From an uncultured Chthonomonadaceae bacterium (GTDB taxonomy: Bacteria; Armatimonadota; Chthonomonadetes; Chthonomonadales; Chthonomonadaceae): a stretch of 64,000 bases of DNA. The stretch lies in assembly GCA_963817895.1 (NCBI GenBank), contig CAWFQB010000004.1, positions 96,001-160,000 of the forward strand. Direction: 5' to 3'. The notes below the pieces were generated by a model. That model saw nothing but the letters and a program-made list of their open reading frames with translations. It searched no databases and was not told where the DNA came from. The position numbers and the translations under genes are program-made. This document shows positions 22,832 through 33,625 of this stretch, one piece after another (the stretch's first letter is position 1; each line of letters begins with the position of its first letter).

Positions 22832-22852
22832 CTGTCACGCCCGATTTTATTT

Positions 22853-23971
22853 TTAGATGATGCGCGGCTTGCGCTGGCGCACCACCGCCTGCTTGCCCAA
22901 GATGCCCGCGAGAGGCGCAGCGGCCTCATGGACTTCTCGGTTGTGTTCCCGGTCGCTCTCGGCATAAATCTGCGTTGTTTTGAGCGACTCGTGCCCCAGT
23001 ATGTCCTTTGCCGCCAGAGTGCTACGCTTGGCAAGTTTAGTGCCGGTGAAGTGGCGCAGCGCGTGCGGCGTAAACCTCTTGGTGCCCGCGTATTTGACAA
23101 ACTTTTGAAAATGTTTGCCATAGTACGACACCGACAGCGGCTCTCCATTATGTGAGAAAAAGAGCAGGTCGGTTTTTAAGCCCAGTTTCGCGCGCACCTT
23201 GAGCCAGGCTTGCAGTAGCGTGGCCCATTCCGCTGAAATAGGTATGGTGCGCGGCTGTCCGGTTTTGCTCTTGCGTACAGTCGCTTCCTTAGCGTCGAAA
23301 TTAAGATCGTTAAGGGTGAGCGCCAGCAATTCGCCTTCGCGCACCCCCGTGTCCACCAAACCGGCAATGATACAATAATCGCGAGCGGCGTAGAAGCGGC
23401 GCTGCGGAGGCGTCAGGTAGCGCACATCCTCGTTTTTGCGTGGGTCGTAGCGCTCTTGGATTGCAGCCATTATAGCCGTCAACTCCGCCTGCGTGGGCAC
23501 GGGAATACTCACCTTATCAGGCTTGTCGATCTTGTATCCCGCAAGCGGGTTCCGGGCAATCAAACCGCGCAGTGAACAAAACTTGAAAAGCGCTGTCGCA
23601 GCGATCTTGTCGTGGTAGAGGGTGCCGTCCGCAACCGGCTTGCCCCTGCGCCCGCCGTTGGTTTTGCGCCACACAAGATATTCGTCCATCTGCTTCAAGC
23701 CAAACTGATGGAGCGTGACGCCCTGCTCCTCGCACCAGCGCACCAGAACGGTGAGTTGTGTGCGGTAGTAATGCAAAGTTTTTTCACGGGTTTCTGCGTG
23801 TTTGTGGACAATGAAATTGTCCACTGCCGTTTCCCAGGTCGCGTCCAGATTGCCTTTGTGCCTGCGTATTTGCCGCAGGGCTTTTTCCAGGACGAGGGCA
23901 AGTTCTTCGTTGCCCTCATTCTGCTCATTTGTCGTCTCGATCAGGTCAGCGAGACGGGTGGGGGTTGTCAT
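22853..23971 (-). CDS. Tyrosine recombinase/integrase
   Basis: Catalytic R (TGVREGE), K (KSKTG), HALRH, LGH and Y (TQIY); RBS AGGAGG; adjacent to a tRNA 3' end. Confidence 0.93.
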   Translation of the reverse strand: MTTPTRLADLIETTNEQNEGNEELALVLEKALRQIRRHKGNLDATWETAVDNFIVHKHAETREKTLHYYRTQLTVLVRWCEEQGVTLHQFGLKQMDEYLVWRKTNGGRRGKPVADGTLYHDKIAATALFKFCSLRGLIARNPLAGYKIDKPDKVSIPVPTQAELTAIMAAIQERYDPRKNEDVRYLTPPQRRFYAARDYCIIAGLVDTGVREGELLALTLNDLNFDAKEATVRKSKTGQPRTIPISAEWATLLQAWLKVRAKLGLKTDLLFFSHNGEPLSVSYYGKHFQKFVKYAGTKRFTPHALRHFTGTKLAKRSTLAAKDILGHESLKTTQIYAESDREHNREVHEAAAPLAGILGKQAVVRQRKPRII

Positions 23972-24043
23972 ACCGAGTATCCTCCTAAAATGGTGTTTTT
24001 CACTCACAAGCAATGTGATTAACGGTCACAACTGGTAAAAACT

Positions 24044-24078
24044 TGAGGGGTAGAGAAAAATATTTTTCTCTACCCCTC
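24044..24078. terminator. Hairpin between tRNA and integrase
   Basis: GAGGGGTAGAGAAAAATATTTTTCTCTACCCCTC palindrome. Confidence 0.6.
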
Positions 24079-24104
24079 CAAAAACTACGGTATTTAGTTT
24101 GAGA

Positions 24105-24177
24105 TGCGCCCGGAAAGATTCGAACTTTCGGCCTGCTGATCCGAAGTCAGCTGCTCTATCCACTGGGCTACGGGCGC
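24105..24177 (-). tRNA. tRNA-Arg(TCG), CCA not encoded
   Basis: Cloverleaf: GCGCCCG/CGGGCGC acceptor, GCTGA-CTTCGGA-TCAGC anticodon arm, GAAAG-TTCGAAT-CTTTC T arm. Confidence 0.95.
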
Positions 24178-24303
24178 AAACGAGAGCGTGTTATTACTCG
24201 TATCTTATTGTGACGGCTGGAAAGAGAATTGTCAAGGGCGAATTGGGAAAACCTGCGCGGGATTGTTTTAATACGGGGCAAAGCAGGCAAGGAACGGTTG
24301 GGT

Positions 24304-26482
24304 ATGGATAAAGCGAAATGGAAGAAACGGCTGGCAAAAACAATGCTTGTCGGTATGGGTACGGCAGGAGTAATCGGCGGTTGGGGCGCGTGGACGGTTT
24401 ACAGCGTGGCGCAGCATCTTCCAGTCATTACCAGTCTGACCGCGACACAGGCGAATCAAGCCACAACAATTGTTTCCAGCGACGGAATTCTCCTTGCCGC
24501 CCTCCGCACTCGTGATCAGCGCCCCGTTCGTTTGGACGCCATTGCGCCCCTGCTCGTCAGCGCCACTGTTGCCACCGAGGACAGCCGTTTTTACGACCAT
24601 AGCGGCGTGGACGGGCGCGGCGTGCTTCGCGCCCTGTTCGCCAATCTGCGCAGCGGGAACGGGCGCGGACAGGGCGGCAGCACCTTGACGCAGCAACTTG
24701 TTCGCAACCTCACGCTTTCCCGCGAGAAAACCTATCGCCGCAAAATCGCGGAAATGCTGCTCGCCCGCCGCATCGAAGCGCAGTTTTCCAAAAACGACAT
24801 ACTGGAAGCCTATCTCAATACCGTTTATTACGGCAGCGGCAATTATGGCGTGGAAGCCGCGGCGCGGGGTTACTTCGGCAAGTCGGTAAAAGATTTGACA
24901 TTGGGCGAGGCCGCGCTGCTTGCCGGGATTCCGCAACGGCCCTCCGCGTTTACGCCCACCACGCATCTGCGGGCGGCATTGGAGCGGCGGCAGGACGTGC
25001 TTGCCCGTCTCGCGGCCACCGGGCAAATCACGCCTGAACAGCGAACCCGCGCCGAAGCCGAACAGCCTCACATTCTGCGCCCCAACGTGGAGGGGCTGAA
25101 ATCGTGGAAAGCGCCGTACCTTGTGGCCGATGTCATCGCGAAATTGCGCGAACAGTACGGGCAGGAGTTCCTTTATTCTGGCGCGACCATAGAAACCACG
25201 ATTAACTGGCAGATGCAGCAGCAGGCGGAACAAACCCTGCGCGAAGCCGTTCAAAGCGGCAAAAAGTCCGGCGCGAACCCCAATACCGGCGCCATTGTCA
25301 GCCTTGACCCGCATACCGGCTATGTTCGCGCCCTCGTCGGCGGGCCGGACTTTCTGCGGGATCAGTTCGATGCCGTCACGCGGGGCATACGGCAGCCGGG
25401 TTCCGCCTTCAAGCCCCTGCTGTACGCGACCGCGTTCGATGCCGGACTGTGCAGCCTTGTCTCCACCTACAAAGACGCGCCCCTGATCTATCCGAGCGGC
25501 GGCAAAGATTACGTCGTACACAATTTCGACTCCGGCTATCGCGGCGAAGTCACCGTTCTGGACGCCCTGCGCCACTCGCTCAATACTGTTGCCGTCAAAA
25601 TCGGCGAAGATGTTGGCCCCGCGAATGTTGTCACCTGCGCCGAAAAATTAGGGATTCATACGCCGCTGGAGCCAACATTGCCTCTCGCGTTGGGAGCAAG
25701 CGGCGTACATCCGCTTGACCTGTGTTCCGCGTACACCGCTTTCGCCAATGGCGGCGACCGTTACGAGCCGACCCTGATTTCCAAAATAACGAGCGCGCGT
25801 GGCAAAATCGTATGGCAGGACGACCCTGTCACACGCCTCACCCCCCATTTTCTCAAGCCCCGTACCCTCGACCAGATCAACGTAGCCCTGCGCGAAGTGG
25901 TGACAAGCGGCACGGCGCAAACCGCCAATGTCATTCCCGACGCGCATGGCAAAACCGGAACCACCAACAGCCACCGCGACGCCTGGTTCGTGGGCTATAC
26001 GAGGGAACTGGCAACCGCTATCTGGGTCGCCCATTCCCGCAAAGAGACGCATCTTGAAAACGGCGTCACAACCGTTGTTACCCTGTACGCGCCGATGGAG
26101 GGCGCGACGGGCGGGCGTTTGTGCGCGCCAATGTGGGTAAAGTACATGCAGGCCGCGCTTCCCATTCAGCAAAAGGTAAATCAATCGCGCGGGATTACGC
26201 CCTGCATCGTGACGGCCCCGACAACGGAAGTTTTAGTCGCGGATTTACGCGCCGACGCCAAACGCCTTGCGGCGGAAAAAAGGGCGAAACACGCGGAAGG
26301 AATCGCTTCCAGTCGAACCCGGAGCCGTCATCCCCGACAACTACGAGCCGGCGGAAAACGGCAGCGCGCCGATTACAGTTACGGCTCCCAACGATGCGGA
26401 GGAAAAAACAACGGAAACCACGGGGAACACGGGGAGTACGGAAAAAGGGGAGGGGCAGAGGGAACCACAGGATAAACCGTAG
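24304..26482 (+). CDS. Class A penicillin-binding protein (PBP1A family); tail frameshifted near 26300
   Basis: EDSRFYDHSG, GGSTLTQQL, RKIAE, YLNTVYYG; SAFK, SLN and KTGT motifs. Confidence 0.93.
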
Positions 26483-26538
26483 GGGCAAACCCCCGTGTTT
26501 GCCCCAATCTCGTGTTTGTCCGCGCCCGTGTTTGCCCC
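26479..26538 (+). repeat. REP-like palindrome (GTAG-led) with degenerate copies
   Basis: GTAGGGGCAAACCCCCGTGTTTGCCCC followed by CGTGTTTGTCC and CGTGTTTGCCCC. Confidence 0.55.
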
Positions 26539-26602
26539 GCCTCTCATGTTTGCGCGCGCCGCCGAAAGTTATTGTTTATAAACCGTAGCGCAAATCACTG
26601 AT

Positions 26603-27049
26603 TTAGAATTTTGGCGTGGTTCCCTGCATCATTCGTAATTGCGTGATCCTGCCCAGGTGGTAGGCGTCGTGAATCAGGTGGTAGCGAACGCGGTCAATAT
26701 CTTGATGCTCGTCCTGAATTGCGAACCCGATAGCTTCCTGTGTGTGCTTCAGCGCGGCAACGGTTTCGTTCCACGCGGCTTCGGTGACAAGAGCGGGCGC
26801 GGCAAATTCAAATTGTTCGATGGTTTGTTCGTCGGGCGCGTTCCCGCCAGCCATGCGCGTCAGGGTCACGGTTCGCCAGAAAGTGACGTGAACCACCTCC
26901 TGCCAGATGGAGTGACAACCGGGGTTGGGCGACCATGCGGCGTCCGTGGCGCTCAACTCCGCAAGGCTGTCCGGCCACGAAGGAATCCAGTTGCCCTCTT
27001 TCCACATGTCGTTCCAGAGTTCGAGCAGTTCTTTACGATCCAAAGCCAT
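26603..27049 (-). CDS. DinB-family protein
   Basis: HSIWQEVVH and HDAYHLGRI motifs. Confidence 0.85.
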   Translation of the reverse strand: MALDRKELLELWNDMWKEGNWIPSWPDSLAELSATDAAWSPNPGCHSIWQEVVHVTFWRTVTLTRMAGGNAPDEQTIEQFEFAAPALVTEAAWNETVAALKHTQEAIGFAIQDEHQDIDRVRYHLIHDAYHLGRITQLRMMQGTTPKF

Positions 27050-27203
27050 GTCCTCCCCTGATAATTATGGAGGCTACGCGCATGTACGCTGAACATGCCC
27101 GACGCATCCAATGCTGACAAATTCCTTGCAGTCAAAGTAGATGAACATAGATTATCGAGCGGAAAGCCAATTTCCTGCTTATTCAAGAAAATGGAGTGTC
27201 CAG

Positions 27204-27518
27204 ATGGGTTTTGACCAGTACCACGAGCCGCCGGGGGAACTGCCCGAAGAGACGCGCACGTTTGCGCGTATGATGCTGTCGCTGATCGAGGAGGCGCAGG
27301 CGATTGATTGGTATGAGCAGCGAATGGCGGTGGAAAAAGACCGGCAAGCCAAAGCCATCATGCAGAACGCCCAGCAGGAGGAGTTCAAGCACTTCGGAAT
27401 GGATTTAGAGTTTCTGCTGCGCAAAAAGCCGAAGTGGCAGGCCATTCTCCGCGAAATTCTCTTCACCGAAGGCGATATCGTCGAACATGGCGAAAAGGCG
27501 GAAGACGAGGCAAGCTGA
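27204..27518 (+). CDS. Encapsulated-ferritin-like (EncFtn-family) protein
   Basis: YHEP..EL, SLIEEAQAIDWYEQR, EEFKH, ILFTEGDI. Confidence 0.85.
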   Translation: MGFDQYHEPPGELPEETRTFARMMLSLIEEAQAIDWYEQRMAVEKDRQAKAIMQNAQQEEFKHFGMDLEFLLRKKPKWQAILREILFTEGDIVEHGEKAEDEAS

Positions 27519-27547
27519 TACGCGACAAAGAGCCTAATTTCGATAGG

Positions 27548-27591
27548 TTCCCCTTCTCCCAAGTTTGGGAGAAGGGGTTAGGGGTTGAGGG
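27548..27591 (+). repeat. Intergenic palindromic repeat; related copy near 31795-31843
   Basis: CCCCTTCTCCCAAGTTTGGGAGAAGGGGTTAGGGGTTGAGGGC. Confidence 0.5.
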
Positions 27592-27639
27592 CCATTTGGA
27601 ATACAATCGGCAATTTTCCCAAATCAAGGAGAGCAGTTT

Positions 27640-28443
27640 ATGAACCGAATGTTGATTTTGTTGGCAATCTTTCTACTGGCGCGGGTTCCCGCCTCGGCGC
27701 AGGATTGGGCCAAAGCGCGGCTGGAAAAATCGCCGCGCCATCAGGAGTGGGTGAAGATCAAGCAGGGCAAGCGGGAAGTGCAGAGTTTCGTGGTCTACCC
27801 GGAAGTGAAAGACAAAGCAATGGCGGTTGTCATCGTCCATGAGATTTTCGGCCTGAGCGATTGGGTGCGGGGCGTGGCCGATCAGCTTGCCGAAGCCGGA
27901 TACATCGCTATCGCGCCCGACCTGCTTTCCGGCCTGGGGCCGAAGGGCGGCGGAACGGCGGAGTTAGGCGGCCCGGATGCGGCGGTAAAATACATCTCCA
28001 TGCTGCCGCCCGAACAGGTGACAGCCGACCTGAACGCGGTCACAAAGTACGTGACGAAACTGCCCGCCTGCAACGGCAAGGTAGCGGTGGCGGGGTTCTG
28101 TTGGGGCGGCGGGCAGGCGTTCCGATTCGCCACCAACAACAAGAGCGTAAAAGCCGCCTTCGTATTCTACGGGCCGGGGCCAACGGCGGAAGCGGACATG
28201 GCCCGTATCATGTGTCCGGTCTACGGTTTTTATGCAGGCAACGACGCCCGCATCGGCGCGACCCTTCCCACTACCACCGAACTGGCGAAGAAACTGAACA
28301 AGACCTACGAGCCGGTGACGTATGACGGCGCGGGACACGGCTTTATGCGCGCCGGGGAAGCCCCCGATGCCAACGCCGCCAACAAAAAAGCCCGCGACGA
28401 CGCCTGGGAACGCTGGAAAACCCTGCTAAAGGGCGTTGGATAA
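27640..28443 (+). CDS. Dienelactone hydrolase family protein, signal peptide
   Basis: HEIFGL, GFCWGG, GHGF. Confidence 0.92.
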   Translation: MNRMLILLAIFLLARVPASAQDWAKARLEKSPRHQEWVKIKQGKREVQSFVVYPEVKDKAMAVVIVHEIFGLSDWVRGVADQLAEAGYIAIAPDLLSGLGPKGGGTAELGGPDAAVKYISMLPPEQVTADLNAVTKYVTKLPACNGKVAVAGFCWGGGQAFRFATNNKSVKAAFVFYGPGPTAEADMARIMCPVYGFYAGNDARIGATLPTTTELAKKLNKTYEPVTYDGAGHGFMRAGEAPDANAANKKARDDAWERWKTLLKGVG

Positions 28444-29463
28444 CTTTACATTCACAACTTGTAGTTCAAACGCCTGCGCAACCAACTCGTAGGAGCGCAG
28501 GCGTTCCTGCTGTCCGTAGGTAAAGGTTGTCACCATCACCTCATCGGCCATCGTTCGCGTAACTAAATTCTCAATGCGCTGCTTGACTGTTGCGGGCGAA
28601 CCCACGATGTGCAGGGGGCGAATGGATTCCACAACGGCGCGTTCCTGCGGCGTAAAGGGATAGGCCAGCGCATCGTCGGGACGGAGCAGGATAGATTTTT
28701 GCCCTGTGCGCAGGCGGACAAACGCGACAAGCAGACTGGACGCCAAACGTTCGGCCTCCGCATCTGTATCGGCGCACACGACGGAAACGGTCAGAATGGC
28801 GTGGGGCTGCCGCAACGCGCCGGGAGTGAACTGTTCGCGATACGCGCGCAGGGAGGCTTCCGGGGGAAAGTCGCTGAAGTGCGCGGCGAACGCATAACCC
28901 ATACCGAGCATGGCCGCAAGCTGCGCGCTGAAATCGCTTGACCCGAGCAGCCACAGCGGGGGCAGGGGAACATCCGGGGGCATGGCGGCAACCGTCGCCG
29001 TAGAATTGCGAACCGAAAGGCTGCCCCTTCCGAACGCCACCAACTCGGCAAGCCGGTCAGGAAAATCATCGGCGTGAAGCGACTCGCGGGAACCCCGCAA
29101 CGCCAATGCCGTCGCGGGATCGGTTCCGGGCGCGCGTCCGAGTCCCAGATCAATGCGCCCCGGATGCAGCGACTCCAGCATCTTGAAACTCTCGGCAACC
29201 TTGAGCGGGGCGTGGTTGGGCAGCATCACGCCGCCCGACCCGACCCGGATATGCCGCGTCTGCTCTGCCGTCAGCGCGATCATGATTTCCGGCGTCGTGC
29301 TGACTACAGTGGGCATGTTGTGGTGTTCGGCAAACCAGTAGCGCGTGTAGCCAAGCTGATCGGCAAAACGCGCAAGTTCAAGGCTGTTGCGCAAGGCCTG
29401 ATGACTGGTGGAATCATCGGCAAGCGGAATTAAATCTAAAACGGAGAGTGGCAGGTTCATCAT
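28426..29463 (-). CDS. Luciferase-like (LLM-class) flavin-dependent oxidoreductase
   Basis: LSVLDL, YWFAEHH, GSGGVMLPNH, GRIDLGLGRAPG. Confidence 0.93.
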   Translation of the reverse strand: MMNLPLSVLDLIPLADDSTSHQALRNSLELARFADQLGYTRYWFAEHHNMPTVVSTTPEIMIALTAEQTRHIRVGSGGVMLPNHAPLKVAESFKMLESLHPGRIDLGLGRAPGTDPATALALRGSRESLHADDFPDRLAELVAFGRGSLSVRNSTATVAAMPPDVPLPPLWLLGSSDFSAQLAAMLGMGYAFAAHFSDFPPEASLRAYREQFTPGALRQPHAILTVSVVCADTDAEAERLASSLLVAFVRLRTGQKSILLRPDDALAYPFTPQERAVVESIRPLHIVGSPATVKQRIENLVTRTMADEVMVTTFTYGQQERLRSYELVAQAFELQVVNVKLSNAL

Positions 29464-29591
29464 AGCGTTTTCTACGAATCGCCGCGCCCGAATGTGGCAG
29501 GCGCAACAACAATGCCCCGCTCTGTTATCAGGCAGAGCGGGGCGTCGTAATCTCACAGCGGCATCCGGGTTTATCGCGCCGCGTTTTCAGG

Positions 29592-30146
29592 TTACGCCGA
29601 GGTTTCTTCCGGCTGCGCAGACGCGGTTATCTCCTGCGGCGCATTTTGGGACGCGGGCTGTACAGTTTGCGGCACATTCGCGCTGTTGTTGACGGCGATG
29701 CGAACGGGCCGATGCTTCTGCGCTTTGAGGAAGCGCATGCACAGCAGGCCGTTCTCATATTTCGCCTGCGACTGCTCCGCCTGTACCCCGCAGGGAAGCC
29801 CGAACGTGAACGAGAAACGTCCGAAGCGCGGAATACCTTGCAGATGCCGCGTCATGTTCTCTTCAGGTTCAAAGCACAGGAACGAGTTCTGCTCGCCCGT
29901 AAGCGTGAGTTGGTCTTCCAGTATTTGAATGTCCAGTTTGTCGGCATCAAGGCCGGGCAGACTGGCGGCAATAATCACTTCCTCGTTCGTTTCGTAAATG
30001 TCTACCGGGGGAACGTAGGAGTTGACCTCGCCGAAAAGTTTGCTGATGGGCGTGTGTCCCATCGGAGTCATAAACCAGTCCCACATGCGGGATTGCACAG
30101 GGTCAATTGCGCCGAACGGGTTGCGACGCATCAGAGAAGTAGTCAT
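29592..30146 (-). CDS. Hsp20/alpha-crystallin small heat-shock protein
   Basis: PPVDIYET, LPGL, A.YENGLL. Confidence 0.9.
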   Translation of the reverse strand: MTTSLMRRNPFGAIDPVQSRMWDWFMTPMGHTPISKLFGEVNSYVPPVDIYETNEEVIIAASLPGLDADKLDIQILEDQLTLTGEQNSFLCFEPEENMTRHLQGIPRFGRFSFTFGLPCGVQAEQSQAKYENGLLCMRFLKAQKHRPVRIAVNNSANVPQTVQPASQNAPQEITASAQPEETSA

Positions 30147-30459
30147 TGCTGTTACCTCCTTAACACATTCTCAACAGGTTAGACGATAGGATAAGCGGCT
30201 TTGCGCCTGCTTTCATCTAATATTACGGAACACCAATACCGTTGTGTTCCCAAATTTTCAGACTTTTCAAAATTTTACACGGAATTTGTGCCGAGCAGAC
30301 GCGAGGAAATTAGAGCGGCAAATGGCGCGGCGAAGGTTAAATTTTGCTGTATCTCCCGTTTCCTCATCTTTTGGTGTACCATAACGGATGGGAGCGGAGG
30401 CTTCAATGACGAACATACTCCTGCCGCTCACTACGGAAAGTTGAATAGTACCCTTTCGC

Positions 30460-31758
30460 ATGTCTTCAGATTTCAATGGGGAACCGCAATCCCCGCTTGT
30501 ACGCTGGAATTTTCTCGCTCTGCTGCTGGATGTCACCTTTTTTTCGGTGGGCATGGCCTTTACGGACAGCAACGCCGTACTGCCCCTGCTGATGGAGCGA
30601 TTGGGCGCGTCCAGTCCGCTCATCGGCGCGTTCGCGGCGGTTCGGTTTCTCGCCTTCAGCTTTTTTCAGGTATTCGTATCGCAGCTGACGCACGGACGAA
30701 CCCGCCAGAAACCCCCGCTGATATGGATAGCCACGCTGACCCGCCTGCCCCTGTTGCTGCTGCCGTTTCTGCTGTGGAATGCGGATACCGGGGAAACAGC
30801 GCGGCTTGTCGGGCTATGGGCCACCATTATCATCCTTTCCATTTGGGCGTTGGGCGACGGATTGGGCTACATCCCCTGGATGGAGATTGTGGCGCGGACT
30901 TTTTCGGACAAAACGCGGGGGCGGTTTTTCGCCACCACGCAACTGCTGTCCGGCCTGAGCAGTATCGCCATTGCCGCGCTTGTGGTGCGGGGTGTGCTGG
31001 CCTCGTCGCGCCTGCCGTTTCCGCACAACTACGCGCTGCTGACCGGCATTGCCGCGCTGATGTTTCAAATCTCGCTTGCCGGGGTTCTGCTGATTCGGGA
31101 ACCCCCGCCCCCGGCAACGCCGCCGATTCCGCATCCGCCGCTGCGGGCATATTTTCGCCGTTTGCCGCAACTGCTGCGCGACAATCCCGTTTTCGCGCGT
31201 CTCGCGGTTGTGCAATTGTTTGTCGGTTTCGGAGCCACTGCCGCGCCGTTTTATGTGCTGTACGCGGCTTCCCACTTCGGATTGGGCGATCAGTGGGGCG
31301 GCACGTATCAGGTGATGCAGGCGATTGGCGTGGTCGCGCTGATGCCCGCGTGGGCCTGGCTCAGTGAAAAGCGGGGACCGGCAGCCTCCATTCGGGGCGT
31401 TGCGATTGCCTGCCTGCTGACACCCCTGCTCGCCATGACAATCGGCAATATCAACCCCTGGCTGTTCGGATTGGTGTTTCTGCTCATGGGCGGCAGTCTG
31501 GGGTGGGGACTCTGGATTACCTTCAACCACTATCTGCTGGCGCATGTGCGGGAAGCCGAGCGTTCCATTTTCGTCGCCCTGTTCAATCTGCTGTTCGCGC
31601 CCTCCGCCATCTATCCCTATCTCGGCGGCCTGTTGGTGCAGAACAGGCATTTCGTTTCCCTGGGTGGCCTGCCCGCGCTGTTCGTCCTGACGGCGGGCGT
31701 GATTCTGATTGGTCTGTTGCTTGCGCTGCGCCTCCCACCCCCTGTAGAAGAGCTTTAG
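30460..31758 (+). CDS. MFS transporter
   Basis: About 12 hydrophobic segments; RGRFF motif. Confidence 0.85.
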   Translation: MSSDFNGEPQSPLVRWNFLALLLDVTFFSVGMAFTDSNAVLPLLMERLGASSPLIGAFAAVRFLAFSFFQVFVSQLTHGRTRQKPPLIWIATLTRLPLLLLPFLLWNADTGETARLVGLWATIIILSIWALGDGLGYIPWMEIVARTFSDKTRGRFFATTQLLSGLSSIAIAALVVRGVLASSRLPFPHNYALLTGIAALMFQISLAGVLLIREPPPPATPPIPHPPLRAYFRRLPQLLRDNPVFARLAVVQLFVGFGATAAPFYVLYAASHFGLGDQWGGTYQVMQAIGVVALMPAWAWLSEKRGPAASIRGVAIACLLTPLLAMTIGNINPWLFGLVFLLMGGSLGWGLWITFNHYLLAHVREAERSIFVALFNLLFAPSAIYPYLGGLLVQNRHFVSLGGLPALFVLTAGVILIGLLLALRLPPPVEEL

Positions 31759-31927
31759 CCTGTTCAAGAGATTTGTTTATTAGAGCATGAAAAGTCCCTC
31801 TCTTAGCGACGAAGGAGCGGCCAGGAGAGAGGTTGGGGTGAGGTACTCCAGGAAATTTCTTGACACGCGAACGGTAAATGCTGTATGCTGATTTGTGCGC
31901 AACCAACGATGGGGTTTGAACTGCCGC

Positions 31928-32722
31928 ATGACCGATGACAACCCGACACAACGCCCCGGCACACTCCCCGACCTTGCCACGGACGCCGCCACTGCTGCGA
32001 CGCCTGACGCGAACAAGCTTGCTCGACAGTCTTTGATTGATGGCGCGCAGACATTCGGACTGGTTCTGGAACCCGCCGTCGTATCGCGCTTTCAACGCTT
32101 TGCCCTGCTTCTCGATGAGGGGAACCGCCAATTGAATTTGACGCGCATCCGCCCCGAAGACGTGACCGCGCTGCATTTTCTGGACTCGCTTGTTCTGGCG
32201 GCGGCGCATCGCCCCGCGTCCGGCGCTCGCCTGCTGGATGTCGGAACGGGCGCGGGATTTCCCGGCGTGCCGCTTGCCCTCGTGTTTCCCGGTATCAACG
32301 TGACCCTGATGGACAGCACGCGCAAACGGCTGGCATGGCTGGACGGCGCGCTTGCCGACCTGAAGTTGACCAACGCCCACACGCTTCACGCCCGCGCCGA
32401 AGAGTTGACGCGGGACAGTAAGCACCGCGAACGCTATGACGTGGTGACGGCCCGGGCGGTTGCCCCGCTGTCCAAACTTGCAGACTGGCTGCTGCCGTTT
32501 GTCCGTCCGGGCGGGATTGCCGTCGCGTATAAAAGTCAGGAAATTGCCGCAGAAATTAAGGACGCGCAGGCGACATTGCAGGCGCAAGGCGCAATCGTGG
32601 AGCAGGTTGCCGAAATCCCTTTGCCGGGTACGGACATCCTGCGCAAACTGATTATCCTGCGCAAGATTCATTCCGTACCCATGCCGCAAAAGCGGGAGAA
32701 AACAAGGATTAGCCGCAAATAA
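31928..32722 (+). CDS. rsmG: 16S rRNA m7G527 methyltransferase
   Basis: NLTRI, HFLDSL, DVGTGAGFPG, RAEE, ARAVA. Confidence 0.95.
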   Translation: MTDDNPTQRPGTLPDLATDAATAATPDANKLARQSLIDGAQTFGLVLEPAVVSRFQRFALLLDEGNRQLNLTRIRPEDVTALHFLDSLVLAAAHRPASGARLLDVGTGAGFPGVPLALVFPGINVTLMDSTRKRLAWLDGALADLKLTNAHTLHARAEELTRDSKHRERYDVVTARAVAPLSKLADWLLPFVRPGGIAVAYKSQEIAAEIKDAQATLQAQGAIVEQVAEIPLPGTDILRKLIILRKIHSVPMPQKREKTRISRK

Positions 32723-32785
32723 ACGCGAATATACGCAATTAAGAACGGCGCGAATGATATTTTGTATTGGGAAAGAGGAGCGGAA

Positions 32786-33307
32786 ATGAGGACAGGAATG
32801 TTTCGCAGGAGTGTGGCATTTACCGTGTGCGGAATTGTTACCGGTTTGGCCTTGTGGCCGCGTCCCGCCGGGGCGGAGCATTTTGACATTACCCTGCGCG
32901 TGTCCGCGCCGAATAGTCACGGCGAAGCCTTTATGGACACCTCGCCGCCAATCGGCGGCGTCAACAAGCGCCCGCTTGTCAAGGCGAAACCCGGCGAAAT
33001 GGTACGCATTACGTGGAAGATGAAGAACGCTTCGCCGCACGGCGTTTTGAAGAACGTTACCATCCACTTTTTTGTTGTCAAGGAAGCGGAGATCGGCCAG
33101 AAGCCCACGCCCGACCCGTCAGGTGAGGCGGGAATTGTGGATAACAGCGTCACGCAGGACCTCGCGCCCAAATCCGGCGTCAATGGCAGTCTGCGTCTGA
33201 AAGCCCCGGAAGCCGGCAACTATCTCATTCGCGTCCAGAGTGAAGACACCAATGAAGAATTCGGCCACGAACACTTTTCCGCGATTGATTTGCAAGTCCA
33301 GCCGTAA
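32786..33307 (+). CDS. Secreted hypothetical protein
   Basis: Signal-peptide-like N-terminus; beta-rich body. Confidence 0.7.
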   Translation: MRTGMFRRSVAFTVCGIVTGLALWPRPAGAEHFDITLRVSAPNSHGEAFMDTSPPIGGVNKRPLVKAKPGEMVRITWKMKNASPHGVLKNVTIHFFVVKEAEIGQKPTPDPSGEAGIVDNSVTQDLAPKSGVNGSLRLKAPEAGNYLIRVQSEDTNEEFGHEHFSAIDLQVQP

Positions 33308-33625
33308 GCGGAACAAGCCTATTTGAACCCTGTTCTGCTTGAAGTCAGTCGAACGAAAATCAGCCACAGGCCGCAGCGATGCGGTTCCTGTGGCTGATGT
33401 GTTGTACCTTTCGGAAAGCGGCAATTAACATCTGTGCTTGTTGGGCTTGCCCTGCAAACTGTTAAACAACACACCCAATGAACCCTGCGCTATATGAAAC
33501 TCCTCCGTGTAGATAGGGCGCAGGCGTTTGGCTCCTCATGCGCCGATTGTCACGAGGATTATAGCGAGAATGTGGGGAAAGTTCAGGGGGGCGCGGCACA
33601 TTGCGAAATATTTCCTCCTGTCTTT

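Larger units (their letters stand above)
1..24104. mobile_element. Integrative element/genomic island at tRNA-Arg (left boundary not identified, probably beyond the window)
   Basis: Integrase abutting the tRNA 3' end, rep with iterons, RHH regulators and defence cargo; housekeeping genes resume right of the tRNA. Confidence 0.7.

Noticed and set aside
1..24104. Intact prophage, or a second att site within the window
   Set aside because: No terminase, capsid or tail genes are seen, and I could not find a repeat of the tRNA 3' end by eye.
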